From positions 64,001 through 128,000 of the forward strand of contig JBILLK010000001.1 of the NCBI GenBank assembly GCA_044376115.1: 64,000 nt of DNA, written 5' to 3'. The notes under the pieces are model-generated. The model worked only from the letters and a program-made list of their open reading frames with translations. It was not told where the DNA came from and made no database searches. The first letter of the stretch is position 1. Each line of letters begins with the position of its first letter. The DNA is from Polyangiaceae bacterium. GTDB lineage: Bacteria; Myxococcota_A; Polyangia; Polyangiales; Polyangiaceae. The translations under genes were made by a program, and so were the position numbers. Below, piece by piece: positions 9,404-19,623 of this stretch.

Positions 9404-10369
9404 TCAGAGCCGCAACACAACCTTTCCCACGGTTCCGCGACTCTCCAGCGCTTCAAACGCGGTTTTGGCCTCCGCGAGCGCATAGACCCCGCCCAGCTCG
9501 AGCTTGAGCGCACCTTGCTCAGCCAATGATGCCATCTCCGCCAGTGGCGGCGCACAAAGCTCTCGCTGCGCAATGAGCGGCGTTAGGTAGTAACCGGCGA
9601 TGGTGAGGTTCTTTCCCATGAGACCGATGGGCTCGAAGGTGCCCCGCGTGTCACCGCTGGCAGCGCCGAACACGATCATCCGCCCGAACGCGCGGAGGCA
9701 AGCGAAGTTGCGCTTGTAGGATTCACTGCCACCGATCATCTCAAGGACGACGTCGACATCCCCGCACGCCGACTTGACCTGCGCCAGCAAGTCGCCACGA
9801 CTATCGACCACGTGGTCAGCGCCTAGAGACCGAAGAAAGTCGTGCTTCGAGCTGCTCGCGCTCGCCACCACCACGGCACCTCGGGCCTTCGCTAGCTGGA
9901 CGGCGAGCACACCGACACCGCCGGCAGCAGCGTGAACGAGCACACGTTCTTTGGGCTCTAGGCGGCCCATCAAGAACAAGAGATGGTGGGCCGTGAGCCC
10001 CTGAACCGGCAGCGCTACGGCTCGCTCGTAGTCGAGGCCCGCGGGCAGCGCATAGACGGCCTGTTCGACGACGTTCACATGTTCTGCAAACGCAGCCGAA
10101 CCGAGCGCCATCACGCGGTCTCCGACCTTGAGCGAAGTAACGCCCGAGCCGATCGCAACGACTTCACCTGCGACCTCCATCCCCGGGATATCGGGGAGCT
10201 TCGGCTTCACGAAGTATTTGCCACGAATGAACATGGTATCGGCGAAGTTGAGCCCGGCCGCGCGAACACGCAGCTGAACTTGGTGGGGCTTCGGCGGCGG
10301 AGGTGATTCGACCTCTTCACAACGCAAAACCTCAGGACCGCCTAGTTCATGCAGACGTAGTGCGAGCAT
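9404..10369 (-). CDS. qor: NADPH:quinone oxidoreductase (zeta-crystallin/MDR family)
   Basis: GLNFAD, PGMEVAGEV, VLVHAAAGGVG, GKVVL motifs. Confidence 0.9.
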   Translation of the reverse strand: MLALRLHELGGPEVLRCEEVESPPPPKPHQVQLRVRAAGLNFADTMFIRGKYFVKPKLPDIPGMEVAGEVVAIGSGVTSLKVGDRVMALGSAAFAEHVNVVEQAVYALPAGLDYERAVALPVQGLTAHHLLFLMGRLEPKERVLVHAAAGGVGVLAVQLAKARGAVVVASASSSKHDFLRSLGADHVVDSRGDLLAQVKSACGDVDVVLEMIGGSESYKRNFACLRAFGRMIVFGAASGDTRGTFEPIGLMGKNLTIAGYYLTPLIAQRELCAPPLAEMASLAEQGALKLELGGVYALAEAKTAFEALESRGTVGKVVLRL

Positions 10370-10373
10370 TGCG

Positions 10374-12023
10374 TCATACCTCCAGCAGCGACGGCAGGTA
10401 GCCGTCTGGCGCTTCGAAGCCCATTAGATTGAGCACGGTTGCCGGAATTGCTGCGATGCTTGGGACGGTGCTCAGCGGACGAAGCTTGATCGCAGGGTCA
10501 GCTACATCGATGTAGCAAGGCACACGATTGAGCGTGTGGCTCGTCTTTGGACGCGGGTTTCCGTGAGCATCCAGAGTGAATCCCTTCGCCTTCTTGTCCC
10601 ATTCGAACATCTCGTCGGCGTTGCCATGATCCGCCGTGACGATGGTGGCTCCGCCCAGCGCCCGCACCACCGGCAGGATGCGCGCGAGCATCAGATCGAC
10701 GGCCGAAACCGCGAGAATCGTCGCTTCCAGCGCGCCGGTGTGACCAACCATGTCACCGTTCGCAAAGTTGATGCGCACGTGTCGATGCTTGCCCGTCTTG
10801 AGCTCGCTGATCACGCGATCTGTGATCTCGGCGGCCTTCATCCACGGGCGCTCCTCGAACGGCAGCGTATCGCTGGGCACCTCGATGTACGTCTCGAGCG
10901 CGTCATCGAATTTACCGCTGCGATTGCCGTTCCAGAAGTAGGTCACGTGGCCGTATTTTTGGGTCTCGCTGATCGCGAGCTGCGAGATCTTCGCCGTTGC
11001 CAGGTACTCGCCGAGGGTGCGATCGATCTCCGGTGGACTCACGAGAAAAGCTCGCGGCAACGCGAGGTCTCCGTCGTATTGCATCATCCCGGCGTAAAAC
11101 ACCTCCGGGCGCTGACCCCGATCGAAGTGCTCGAACTTGTCGTCCTCGAACGCGCGAGTGATCTCGATCGCACGGTCCCCGCGGAAGTTGAAGAAGACCA
11201 CCGCCGCCCCCGAACGGATCGGACCAACAGGTCCATTCGCATCGGCGATCACGAACGCAGGCAGGTTCTGATCACCGATGCCCGGCGTCTCCTGGCGCAG
11301 CGTCTCAACGGCCTCACGCAGGCTCGCAAAGGCGCGCGCTTGACCGTGCACGTGAGCGTTGTAGCCGCGCTCCACCATCGCCCAGTCGGCGTTGTAGCGG
11401 TCCATCGTCACCTTCATGCGACCACCGCCCGAGGCCACCCGATAGTCGCAATCGGCGTCGCAGAGTTCAGACAAAGCGCTCTCGAGCTTATCGACGTACT
11501 CCAGCGCGCTCGTCTCGGGGACGTCACGACCATCGAGCAATGCGTGGACACGGACCTGCTTCACGCCGTCACTCTTCGCACGCCGAAGCATCGCTATCAG
11601 GTGGTCGATGTGACTGTGAACGTTGCCGTCGGAGAGCAGACCGATGAAGTGAAGCGCTGCTCCGTTACTGACGCAGCGAGAGACCGCCGTTCGCCAGGTT
11701 TGCCCCTCGAACATGCGTCCCGAGCGGATCGCCTCGTTCACCAGCTTGGCGCCCTGATCGAAGATGCGCCCAGCGCCGAGTGCGTTGTGCCCTACCTCGC
11801 TGTTCCCCATGTCGTCGTCGGACGGGAGGCCCACCGCAGTTCCATGGGCTGCAAGTTCGGTAAACAGCGCCGTTTTCTCGAGCGCATCGAGCGTCGGCGT
11901 TCGAGCAAGAAAAACAGCGTCTCCCTGATCGCGGCGGCCGCGCCCAACTCCGTCCATCACGATCACGACGGTGGGACCAGCGACGCCTGAGAAGTTTGGA
12001 AGGTGCTTCAACGAGAGGGACAT
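10374..12023 (-). CDS. gpmI: 2,3-bisphosphoglycerate-independent phosphoglycerate mutase
   Basis: MGNSEVGH, LSDGNVHSH, DGRD, NFRGDR, ETQKYGHVT, DMVGHTG, TADHGN motifs. Confidence 0.97.
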   Translation of the reverse strand: MSLSLKHLPNFSGVAGPTVVIVMDGVGRGRRDQGDAVFLARTPTLDALEKTALFTELAAHGTAVGLPSDDDMGNSEVGHNALGAGRIFDQGAKLVNEAIRSGRMFEGQTWRTAVSRCVSNGAALHFIGLLSDGNVHSHIDHLIAMLRRAKSDGVKQVRVHALLDGRDVPETSALEYVDKLESALSELCDADCDYRVASGGGRMKVTMDRYNADWAMVERGYNAHVHGQARAFASLREAVETLRQETPGIGDQNLPAFVIADANGPVGPIRSGAAVVFFNFRGDRAIEITRAFEDDKFEHFDRGQRPEVFYAGMMQYDGDLALPRAFLVSPPEIDRTLGEYLATAKISQLAISETQKYGHVTYFWNGNRSGKFDDALETYIEVPSDTLPFEERPWMKAAEITDRVISELKTGKHRHVRINFANGDMVGHTGALEATILAVSAVDLMLARILPVVRALGGATIVTADHGNADEMFEWDKKAKGFTLDAHGNPRPKTSHTLNRVPCYIDVADPAIKLRPLSTVPSIAAIPATVLNLMGFEAPDGYLPSLLEV

Positions 12024-12038
12024 GAGCTTCTCCTTCAG

Positions 12039-12371
12039 TTACGAGCGAATTTCGGGGGCTGTTCGAAGCCGCGGAAGCGGGAACCTACCAATGACATTAC
12101 GAAGCTGCTGAACGACGTTGTTAGGCAACGCAGGCGCGTCCACCTCAGCGCGCCCCGAGCGGATGCGCACGGTAGCTCGCCCGGAGCAGCGCGCACGACC
12201 AAAGATGTCCTCGACGTCGTGCAGCAGCTCCCCGGGTGCGCGACCCTTCGCCTTGACGATCTTTCCGTGCCTCACAACCAACGTGAAAAGCACCCGCGAC
12301 GCCGCGACTCGCCAGAAAACCCAGCCGAAAAATGCCAGCAACAGAAAAAGACTGAACCAACGATCGGGCAT
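12039..12371 (-). CDS. Small membrane-anchored protein (DUF3634-like)
   Basis: N-terminal TM, KGRAP and QQLRNV motifs. Confidence 0.65.
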   Translation of the reverse strand: MPDRWFSLFLLLAFFGWVFWRVAASRVLFTLVVRHGKIVKAKGRAPGELLHDVEDIFGRARCSGRATVRIRSGRAEVDAPALPNNVVQQLRNVIGRFPLPRLRTAPEIRS

Positions 12372-12522
12372 CGCTAACGCACCAAAGCACGCAGACGGGG
12401 GCTTGCCAACCTAGCCGGGGACATCTTTCGTAGCGGCAATCATGGCTGGTCGGTATTCTCGCGCTTCCATCGGGGAGCTCTGAGCCGCGAACGGGTGGAG
12501 AAAAGGTCTTCGGAGCCAAAGC

Positions 12523-13134
12523 TTGAGTGATCCGGTGGATGAGGAAGCCTTCGTCAAGAGGCTTCAGGCGCGCGATGAAGCTGCGTTCAACGAGCTGGTA
12601 CTGGCGTACGAGCGCCGGGTGTTTGCGCTTGTTTTTCGCATGCTCGGGCGCCGCGAAGAGGCCGAAGACCTCGCGCAAGAAGTGTTCGTGCAGGTGTTCA
12701 AGGCGATCGATCAGTTTCGTGGGGAGTCGAAGCTGTCGACCTGGATCTACCGAATTGCGGTGAACCTTTGTAAGAACCGCACCAAGTACCTTTCGCGCCG
12801 GCATGCAGGCTCCGAAGACGATGTCGACGCCATGGCCGATCGGGCACCGCTTTCGAGTGCAAAGGGCGTCAGCGTCGGAGATGTGGGCCGGCCCGACGAG
12901 CTCGTGGAGGGCATGCAACTCGAAGTTTTGGTGAAACGAGCGATCGCGCAGATCGATACGGACTTCCGACAGGTGCTGATCCTGCGAGACGTCGAGGACA
13001 TGTCGTACGAGGAAATTGCAAGCGTCACCGGGCTGGCCGAGGGCACCGTCAAGAGCCGCATCCATCGTGCACGTGCGCAGCTTCGAGCGCTGGTCGAGCG
13101 CGCGCTCGGTGAAAAATTGAGAGGCATCTCATGA
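12523..13134 (+). CDS. ECF RNA polymerase sigma factor
   Basis: EAEDLAQEVF, STWIYRIAVN, LRDVEDMSYEEIA..GTVKSRIHRAR. Confidence 0.95.
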   Translation: MSDPVDEEAFVKRLQARDEAAFNELVLAYERRVFALVFRMLGRREEAEDLAQEVFVQVFKAIDQFRGESKLSTWIYRIAVNLCKNRTKYLSRRHAGSEDDVDAMADRAPLSSAKGVSVGDVGRPDELVEGMQLEVLVKRAIAQIDTDFRQVLILRDVEDMSYEEIASVTGLAEGTVKSRIHRARAQLRALVERALGEKLRGIS

Positions 13135-13568
13135 GCGACGAGAAGGACGAAGAACTTCCCCCGTCCGGCCCGTCGTCCGGCGAACCGATCTCTGGCACGC
13201 CTCGTTCGGATGACGACGTGAAGGCGCTGATCAAGCGCGCCATGGCTTCGGCAAAGGCGCCGGTCCGTGTCTCTGAAGCAGAGGAGGACCCTCCGCTAGA
13301 GGAGGACGACGGCGTACTCGACGAAGTAGACCTCAAAGACGCGCTGCGCGGCGCCCTGCGCCCGCCCTCCGGGTCGGTGGCGCCCTCGCTCTTGCGCGGC
13401 GTTCAAAAGAAGCTGCGCGTGCGCTCCAAGGGTAAATTCTACGGAGACGGCTGGAGCACGGCGCAGTCGCCACGCTCGACGTACCTCGTGAGTAGCCTGC
13501 TGATGTTGCTGTTGATCGGCTTCGTCTTTTTCGCCCTGGTGCCTTGGAGTTCAGCGAAGCTGCCTTGA
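13131..13568 (+). CDS. Putative anti-sigma factor with C-terminal TM
   Basis: ATGA overlap with the ECF sigma; single C-terminal hydrophobic helix. Confidence 0.6.
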   Translation: MSDEKDEELPPSGPSSGEPISGTPRSDDDVKALIKRAMASAKAPVRVSEAEEDPPLEEDDGVLDEVDLKDALRGALRPPSGSVAPSLLRGVQKKLRVRSKGKFYGDGWSTAQSPRSTYLVSSLLMLLLIGFVFFALVPWSSAKLP

Positions 13569-13607
13569 GCCTGAAGACGGAAACCTGCTACCTGTAGCGA
13601 CACCCCA

Positions 13608-14051
13608 ATGGCGATGCAGCAAGTACCGGGAATGAACCTGAGCAACGAGGAGGTCCTCTTCGAAGGAAAGCCCGCCTTGATTCACTCAATGGCCGCGCTG
13701 CTCCTGGTGATCGTTACGCTCGGACTCGCGGCGGCCTTCTTTTGGTTCAAGCGCGGTGGCGTCCACTATCGCATTACCAATCAGCGCATCGTGATCGATC
13801 GAGGGATTTTGTCGAAGAAGATGGAGCAACTCGACCTCTATCGCATCCAGGACTTCACGGTGGAGCGCCCGCTCGGCCAACGCATGATGGGTACGGGCAA
13901 CATCCGACTCAGCACCTTTGACAAGACCACCCCCGTGGTTGAACTCGTTGGACTGAAGACGGACGTAGTGATGCTGTATGAGGTAATGCGACGCGCAGTT
14001 GAGGCGAACAAAACCTCACGCGGTGTGCGCACCGTGGACTACGAGAGCTGA
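13608..14051 (+). CDS. Bacterial PH (bPH_2) domain membrane protein
   Basis: YRITNQRI..GILSK..LYRIQD..QRMMGTGNI pattern; one TM. Confidence 0.8.
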   Translation: MAMQQVPGMNLSNEEVLFEGKPALIHSMAALLLVIVTLGLAAAFFWFKRGGVHYRITNQRIVIDRGILSKKMEQLDLYRIQDFTVERPLGQRMMGTGNIRLSTFDKTTPVVELVGLKTDVVMLYEVMRRAVEANKTSRGVRTVDYES

Positions 14052-14052
14052 C

Positions 14053-14844
14053 GTGCAAGCCGACTCGCCCGCAACTGCCGAGGAGTTGAAGCAGCTCGCG
14101 AAGGGGCGGCGCCGGTTCCTGATGAAGAAGCTGCACTCGCTTTCGGGCGTGGTGCCGGTCGGCCTCTTCATGGTCTTCCATCTTTGGACGAACGCTCGGG
14201 CTCTCAACGGCCAAGCAAGCTTCGATTCGGGGGTCGAGCAGATTCAGGAGATGCCGTTTCTTCCCGTCCTGGAGTTCGGCCTGATTCTGCTGCCTCTGGC
14301 GTTCCATGCTTTGTACGGGGTGAAGCTCGCGTTCGAGGCTCGTCCAAACGTCGGCAATTACCCATTTAATCGAAACTGGATGTTCCTGGCCCAGCGCGTG
14401 ACCGGCGTCGCTGCCTTCGCCTTTTTGATTTGGCATTTGTACGAGTTCTGGTTTCAGAAATGGACGGGCAACCTGGAACCCGCAGGGTTCTATCCCGAAC
14501 TTTGCGAGAGCCTCTCGGCAACGCGCGCTGGTATTCCGCTCAACGCGCTCGCTTACGTCTTTGGGATCGCGGCCTGCGTCTTCCACTTCACCAACGGCCT
14601 GTGGGGCTTCTGCTTTTCCTTCGGCATCACCGTAAGTCGAAGGGCACAGCGACTTTCGGCGACCGTATTTGGCCTCTTGGGAGTCGCGCTGTTTTTTCTC
14701 GGCGCAAACACCGCAATCTACTTCGCGACGGGTTCACGGATCGCTCTGTTCGGTCGAGCACCAGGCAGCAAGTCGGCTCAGGTGTTGAGGACATGCCCCG
14801 ATGTTCAACCGGCCAGCGCGGAGACCACCGGAGAGGCGCGCTGA
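14053..14844 (+). CDS. sdhC: Succinate dehydrogenase cytochrome b subunit (Bacillus-type, 5 TM)
   Basis: KKLHSLSGVVPVGLF..HL, FHALYG, QRVTG..WH, FHFTNGLW heme-ligand His motifs; precedes sdhA. Confidence 0.92.
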   Translation: MQADSPATAEELKQLAKGRRRFLMKKLHSLSGVVPVGLFMVFHLWTNARALNGQASFDSGVEQIQEMPFLPVLEFGLILLPLAFHALYGVKLAFEARPNVGNYPFNRNWMFLAQRVTGVAAFAFLIWHLYEFWFQKWTGNLEPAGFYPELCESLSATRAGIPLNALAYVFGIAACVFHFTNGLWGFCFSFGITVSRRAQRLSATVFGLLGVALFFLGANTAIYFATGSRIALFGRAPGSKSAQVLRTCPDVQPASAETTGEAR

Positions 14845-14849
14845 TCGCA

Positions 14850-16844
14850 ATGGCAACCAAAGTTTCGATTCGTAGCGAAAACGGCAAGTTGCGGCGGGTG
14901 GCGGTCGTTGGGGGTGGTCTCGCTGGGCTGATGACGGCCTTGAAGCTGGCCGAAGTGAACGTCCCCGTCGACATCTTTAGTTTGGTGCCGGTCAAGCGCT
15001 CTCACTCGGTGTGCGCCCAAGGTGGAATCAACGCCTCGGTCAACACGAAGGGCGAGGGGGACAGTCCCGACATCCACTTCGCCGAGACGGTCTACGGCGG
15101 TGATTTTCTCGCGAATCAGCCGCTGGTGAAGGGCATGGCGAAGGCGGCGCCGGAGCTTGTTTACCTGCTCGATCGGATGGGCGTGCCGTTCAATCGCACC
15201 CCCGAAGGCTTGATCGACTTTCGCCGTTTTGGCGGCACGTTGTTCCACCGCACAGCCTACGCAGGCGCCACCACCGGGCAACAGTTGCTCTACGCCCTCG
15301 ATGAGCAAGTGCGGCGCTTCGAGATGAAGCTCGCGTCCGACGAACGTGGCCTCGCTATCCCCGGCGAACCACTGGTTCGCAAACTCGAGTATTGGGACTT
15401 CCTCGAAACAGTGCGCGACGACAGCGGCGTCTGCGTTGGGCTCGTGGCGCAAGACCTCAAGTCGATGGCGGTGAAGTCGTTCCCCTACGATGCGGTCGTA
15501 CTGGCCACCGGCGGCTGCGGCATCGTTTTCGGGAAGTCGACGCTGAGCGTGATCTGCACGGGTACGGCGGCAGCCAGCGCCTACTCGCAGGGTGCCGTCT
15601 ACGCCAACGGCGAGTTCATTCAGGTGCACCCCACGGCCATCCCTGGTGCGGATAAGCTGCGGCTCATCTCCGAAAGCGCGCGTGGTGAGGGAGGCCGTGT
15701 TTGGGTTCCCAAAGACGCCACCGACGCACGCGCGCCGAAGGACATCCCGGAGAAAGAACGGGACTACTTTCTGGAGCGGACATACCCCGGGTACGGCAAC
15801 CTCGTCCCGCGAGACATCGCTTCACGCGCGATCTTCAAAACCTGTTTCCACGAGGGCCGCGGCATCCGCAACTCGAGCACCGGGAAAAACGAGCATGAGG
15901 TTTACCTGGATCTCTCGCACAAGGACGAGAAGTTCCTCCGATCGAAGCTCGCCGGGATCTTGGAGATCTACGAAAAGTTCGTCGGAGTCGATCCATACAA
16001 GAACCCGATGAAGGTGTTCCCCGCGGTGCACTACTCCATGGGCGGGCTCTGGACCGACTTCGAAGCGACGTCGGATGGCCTTCCCGTGCAGGGCTCACCC
16101 CGCAATCACGCGACCAGCATTCCTGGGCTCTATGCGGTTGGTGAAGTGGACTACCAGTACCACGGTGCCAATCGACTTGGCGCCAACTCGCTGCTCTCTT
16201 GCCTCTACGGCGGGACCCTCACTGGGCCTGCGGTGGCGAGCTATCGCGCAGCCATGGCTCGCAGCGCCTTCGACCTGCCCAAGTCGATCTTCGATAAGGC
16301 TGAGAAAAAGTGCCACGAAGCGTTTGAGCAGTCGCTCAAGCAGAACCAGGACTCGGACAAGGCGGAGAACCCCTACCTGCTGCATCAGGAGTTGGGTGAG
16401 CTGATGCTGCGTGACTGTACGATCGAGCGAGACAACGCGACTCTCGACAAGGTGATCGGCAGTTTGGGGGAACTTGGGGAGCGCTATCAACATGTGCGCT
16501 GTACCGATCAGAGCTCCCGGGTGAATCAGGGAGCACCGTTCGTCAGGCATCTCGGCAATATGTTGCGGCTATCCCGCGTGATCGCAGAGGGCGCTCGTGC
16601 GCGTGATGAAAGCCGTGGTGCCCACTACAAGCCAGCCTTCGAGAACCGCGACGACGCAGAATGGCTCCGCACCACTCTCGCCTTAGCGAAGGAAGACGGA
16701 ACCCCGAGGTTCGTTCGCAACTTTGATTACGAATGCGCTGGCAAGAGCGTGAGCATCAGCGACAAGGTTGATGTCAGCTTGGAGCAGCCGCGTGCCCGAA
16801 AGTACGAAGTTGCGGGTGCAGCCAGCAAAGGAGGCTCAGCGTGA
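14850..16844 (+). CDS. sdhA: Succinate dehydrogenase flavoprotein subunit
   Basis: VGGGLAG, RSHSVCAQGG, QVHPT, SESARGEGG, HYSMGG, HGANRLGANSL, ESRGAH. Confidence 0.96.
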   Translation: MATKVSIRSENGKLRRVAVVGGGLAGLMTALKLAEVNVPVDIFSLVPVKRSHSVCAQGGINASVNTKGEGDSPDIHFAETVYGGDFLANQPLVKGMAKAAPELVYLLDRMGVPFNRTPEGLIDFRRFGGTLFHRTAYAGATTGQQLLYALDEQVRRFEMKLASDERGLAIPGEPLVRKLEYWDFLETVRDDSGVCVGLVAQDLKSMAVKSFPYDAVVLATGGCGIVFGKSTLSVICTGTAAASAYSQGAVYANGEFIQVHPTAIPGADKLRLISESARGEGGRVWVPKDATDARAPKDIPEKERDYFLERTYPGYGNLVPRDIASRAIFKTCFHEGRGIRNSSTGKNEHEVYLDLSHKDEKFLRSKLAGILEIYEKFVGVDPYKNPMKVFPAVHYSMGGLWTDFEATSDGLPVQGSPRNHATSIPGLYAVGEVDYQYHGANRLGANSLLSCLYGGTLTGPAVASYRAAMARSAFDLPKSIFDKAEKKCHEAFEQSLKQNQDSDKAENPYLLHQELGELMLRDCTIERDNATLDKVIGSLGELGERYQHVRCTDQSSRVNQGAPFVRHLGNMLRLSRVIAEGARARDESRGAHYKPAFENRDDAEWLRTTLALAKEDGTPRFVRNFDYECAGKSVSISDKVDVSLEQPRARKYEVAGAASKGGSA

Positions 16845-17626
16845 GTGACGACACGAGCACTGCCAACGCGAAGCGACGCGTACGCCTCAAAGTCCTGCGT
16901 CAGGATTCACGCGAGGCCGCCGACAGCAAACGCTGGGAGGAGTTCGAGGTGGACTGGCTTCCACAAATGAACGTGAACAGCTGCCTCGAGCAAATCCGCC
17001 GATACCCGAAGACCTCGAATGGCAAGGTCGTTTCGCCGGTTGCGTGGGAGGCCGCCTGCCTGGAGGAGGTGTGCGGCTCTTGCACCATGCTGGTCAACGG
17101 TCGCGTTCGCCAAGCCTGTTCAACGCTCGTGGATTCGCTGCCCGCGGATGAACCCATCGTGCTCGAACCGCTGACCAAGTTCCCCCTCGAACGCGATCTG
17201 GTCGTGGATAGGTCGCGCATGTTCGATGCGCTGAAACAGGTGAAGGCCTGGGTTGTACTCGATGGTACACACGCCCTTGGCCCGGGCCCGCGCGAGAGCC
17301 AAGCGCAGCAGGAGGAGCGTTATGCTCTCGCCCGTTGCATGTCCTGCGGCTCCTGCCTCGAGGCTTGCCCTCAATACGCGGAGGAGAACGCGTTCATCGG
17401 GGCAGCAGCGATCAGCCAGGCGCGCCTCTTCAACCTCAATTCCACCGGCAAGGCAGACCGAGTCGCACGACTCGAGTCCCTGATGGGGGAGGGCGGAGTC
17501 GCAGACTGCGGAAAGGCGCAAGTCTGTGTTGAAGTCTGTCCGAAGGAGATTCCCTTGGTCGACTCGATCGCGGAGATGTCGCGCGACACCACCAAACACC
17601 TTCTATTTGGCTGGTTGCTCAAGTAG
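16841..17626 (+). CDS. sdhB: Succinate dehydrogenase iron-sulfur subunit
   Basis: CLEEVCGSC..C, CMSCGSCLEACP, CGKAQVCVEVCP Fe-S motifs. Confidence 0.96.
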   Translation: MSDDTSTANAKRRVRLKVLRQDSREAADSKRWEEFEVDWLPQMNVNSCLEQIRRYPKTSNGKVVSPVAWEAACLEEVCGSCTMLVNGRVRQACSTLVDSLPADEPIVLEPLTKFPLERDLVVDRSRMFDALKQVKAWVVLDGTHALGPGPRESQAQQEERYALARCMSCGSCLEACPQYAEENAFIGAAAISQARLFNLNSTGKADRVARLESLMGEGGVADCGKAQVCVEVCPKEIPLVDSIAEMSRDTTKHLLFGWLLK

Positions 17627-17635
17627 CCGAAACGG

Positions 17636-18649
17636 TCAGTCGCACACCGCGTCACCCGACACGCAGACCCCCGCGGAAGCGATCACGCCGCCCTGGCAAA
17701 TGGCGCCCTCGCCGGCACAATTCGGCAGGTTTGGATCACACAGCTGAAGGCAGGTTCCTGTTTGGTAGCTGCAGATAAAGCCCTCGGCGCACGGACACGG
17801 CTGGCAAGTCGTACCGTCGCCAACGGGAACGCAGCTCGTCGTGCCCGTCGACTCTCGAACGATTGTGCAGCTTTCACCCGTCTCACAGTCGTCGCCTAGC
17901 AGCGTGCACGGCTTGGTAGGAACGCACACGGGAACCTGCACTGCGTTCGTCAATTCGACTGAGCTGTCGAATAGCGGCTGCAGCGCGCAGAAGGTCGTGA
18001 CATCGGGACAGCCCTCGTCGAGGTCACCGCAGCAGAAAGGCTTGCACTGCCCAATCGGTGCTGGGCCGGCCCCACCTTCATTCACGGCTTCGACCGTGAG
18101 CACGCAACCGAAGCCCTCAGCGCACTCGGCGCTGGAGCCACAAACCTCGCCATCGAGTTTTGCGCCTGTGGGAGAGCAGGCGCTCTTGGCAACGCCCGCC
18201 TCCGTTGCGATCTTGCAGCTCAAGACAGCGGACCCACCACCATCGCCGCTGGCACCTGCGCCACCGCCGCCGGAACCACCGTCGTCTGAGCCACCGCCAA
18301 CACTAGCGCCCGCGCTTCCTCCACCGTTTCCAGCGCTCGCGCCCTGCCCCCCGAGGCCTCCGGCACCACCCCCAGCAGGACCGACACCGCCAGCACCACC
18401 GTCACACCCGCCGCTTTCGCCAGGGATGCAGCTTTCCTCGCTCAGGCCGCAATACGATGCGTAGGTGAACTTGCCGGGCGGTGAAATGCCCCCACCGCCG
18501 CCTCCTGCGGCTGAGGTACTGGCCGAGGTCTCTGCTCCGAAACCACCCAAGCCGCCGAAGCCACCATTCGAGGTAAAGCCTTCACCGAAGGCACCACACG
18601 CAGTGGCTAGCGCGGCAAAAGTAAGCGGGGCGGCGAGACGGTAATTCAT
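17636..18649 (-). CDS. Cys/Gly-rich lipoprotein, function unknown
   Basis: LATAC lipobox, Gly-rich linkers, Cys-dense C-terminal half. Confidence 0.8.
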   Translation of the reverse strand: MNYRLAAPLTFAALATACGAFGEGFTSNGGFGGLGGFGAETSASTSAAGGGGGGISPPGKFTYASYCGLSEESCIPGESGGCDGGAGGVGPAGGGAGGLGGQGASAGNGGGSAGASVGGGSDDGGSGGGGAGASGDGGGSAVLSCKIATEAGVAKSACSPTGAKLDGEVCGSSAECAEGFGCVLTVEAVNEGGAGPAPIGQCKPFCCGDLDEGCPDVTTFCALQPLFDSSVELTNAVQVPVCVPTKPCTLLGDDCETGESCTIVRESTGTTSCVPVGDGTTCQPCPCAEGFICSYQTGTCLQLCDPNLPNCAGEGAICQGGVIASAGVCVSGDAVCD

Positions 18650-18965
18650 AGGGTAACCACGAAGGTAAGGGCTGAAGGTTAGCACTGAATCGCGTTGTGC
18701 CCCAGCTGAGCTGTATGAGCAGCACCTGGCAACCTCACCACCCTATTCACAGTTCGTGCCGCGTTCCTTTGTGGGCGAAGCCAGCGAAATGCACAGAACC
18801 TTTGGGCCTCGAGGGGGCCTCGCTGTGACATCGCTGTCCGATTGGGCCGTACGCCTGACACGCACCTTTGCGGCGACGCTTCATGGTAGAGTCCTCCACG
18901 GTTGACCCAAGCGATGGGTCGCCCGTCGAGATGGCCCAGCTCGCGAGCCCATGTACGAGGTCCTG

Positions 18966-19607
18966 ATGCGATCACCCAAACGACTTTCTTTGACCCTAGG
19001 CTTGGCCGCATTGGCCGGCTGCCCTGACCCCAAAGGACAGTTCGATGCGTTCGGCGAACGATACGCAGCGATCAATGACCAAGGCGGCGCAGCCACCGGC
19101 GGCGGCGGTAGCGGTGAGTGCAGCGCGCCTGAGGCCGGCGTAGCAGACGGCAAATATCTATTCACGCTATCTGCCAATTTGAGCCCCGAAAAGGCGTTCG
19201 CGCTCGACGTGACCATGGTCACCAAAGAGGGGCCCGATGGCCTGCTGCTCGACCTTGAGCTGCAACCGCTGTCCAAGGATGACCAGCAGACTCCCGTGGG
19301 AGATCCGTTGACCTACGCGGACCTCGAGGTTGCTGCAGACGGTAGCTTCGATTGGGATCTCGGCGCGGTCGTCACGCTGATCGGCGCGGCCAATCCAGTG
19401 ACGGGCGCGGATGTTGAGACCTCACTGGGCATCCAGGGTGACCTTTGCGCGAGCTCGCCGGACTTCGTGTGTGGAAGCGCGACGGGCATCGTGACCAAGC
19501 CCCTCAACATGTTCGACCTCGCTGGGTCGACCTTCACGTTCCAGAGGTACGAGGGAACGATTCCCTCGCCTCTGCTCAACTGTGCCAAAGACCCCGCTGT
19601 CTACTGA
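18966..19607 (+). CDS. Hypothetical lipoprotein
   Basis: LAGC lipobox; acidic, beta-rich domain; directly upstream of the fadL-like gene. Confidence 0.8.
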   Translation: MRSPKRLSLTLGLAALAGCPDPKGQFDAFGERYAAINDQGGAATGGGGSGECSAPEAGVADGKYLFTLSANLSPEKAFALDVTMVTKEGPDGLLLDLELQPLSKDDQQTPVGDPLTYADLEVAADGSFDWDLGAVVTLIGAANPVTGADVETSLGIQGDLCASSPDFVCGSATGIVTKPLNMFDLAGSTFTFQRYEGTIPSPLLNCAKDPAVY

Positions 19608-19623
19608 CCTCACAGGAAGACCC

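Noticed and set aside
10536..11990. 484-aa + strand ORF
   Set aside because: Antisense shadow of gpmI
14430..14849. N-terminal extension of sdhA
   Set aside because: Overlaps sdhC in another frame; the FAD motif follows ATG 14850
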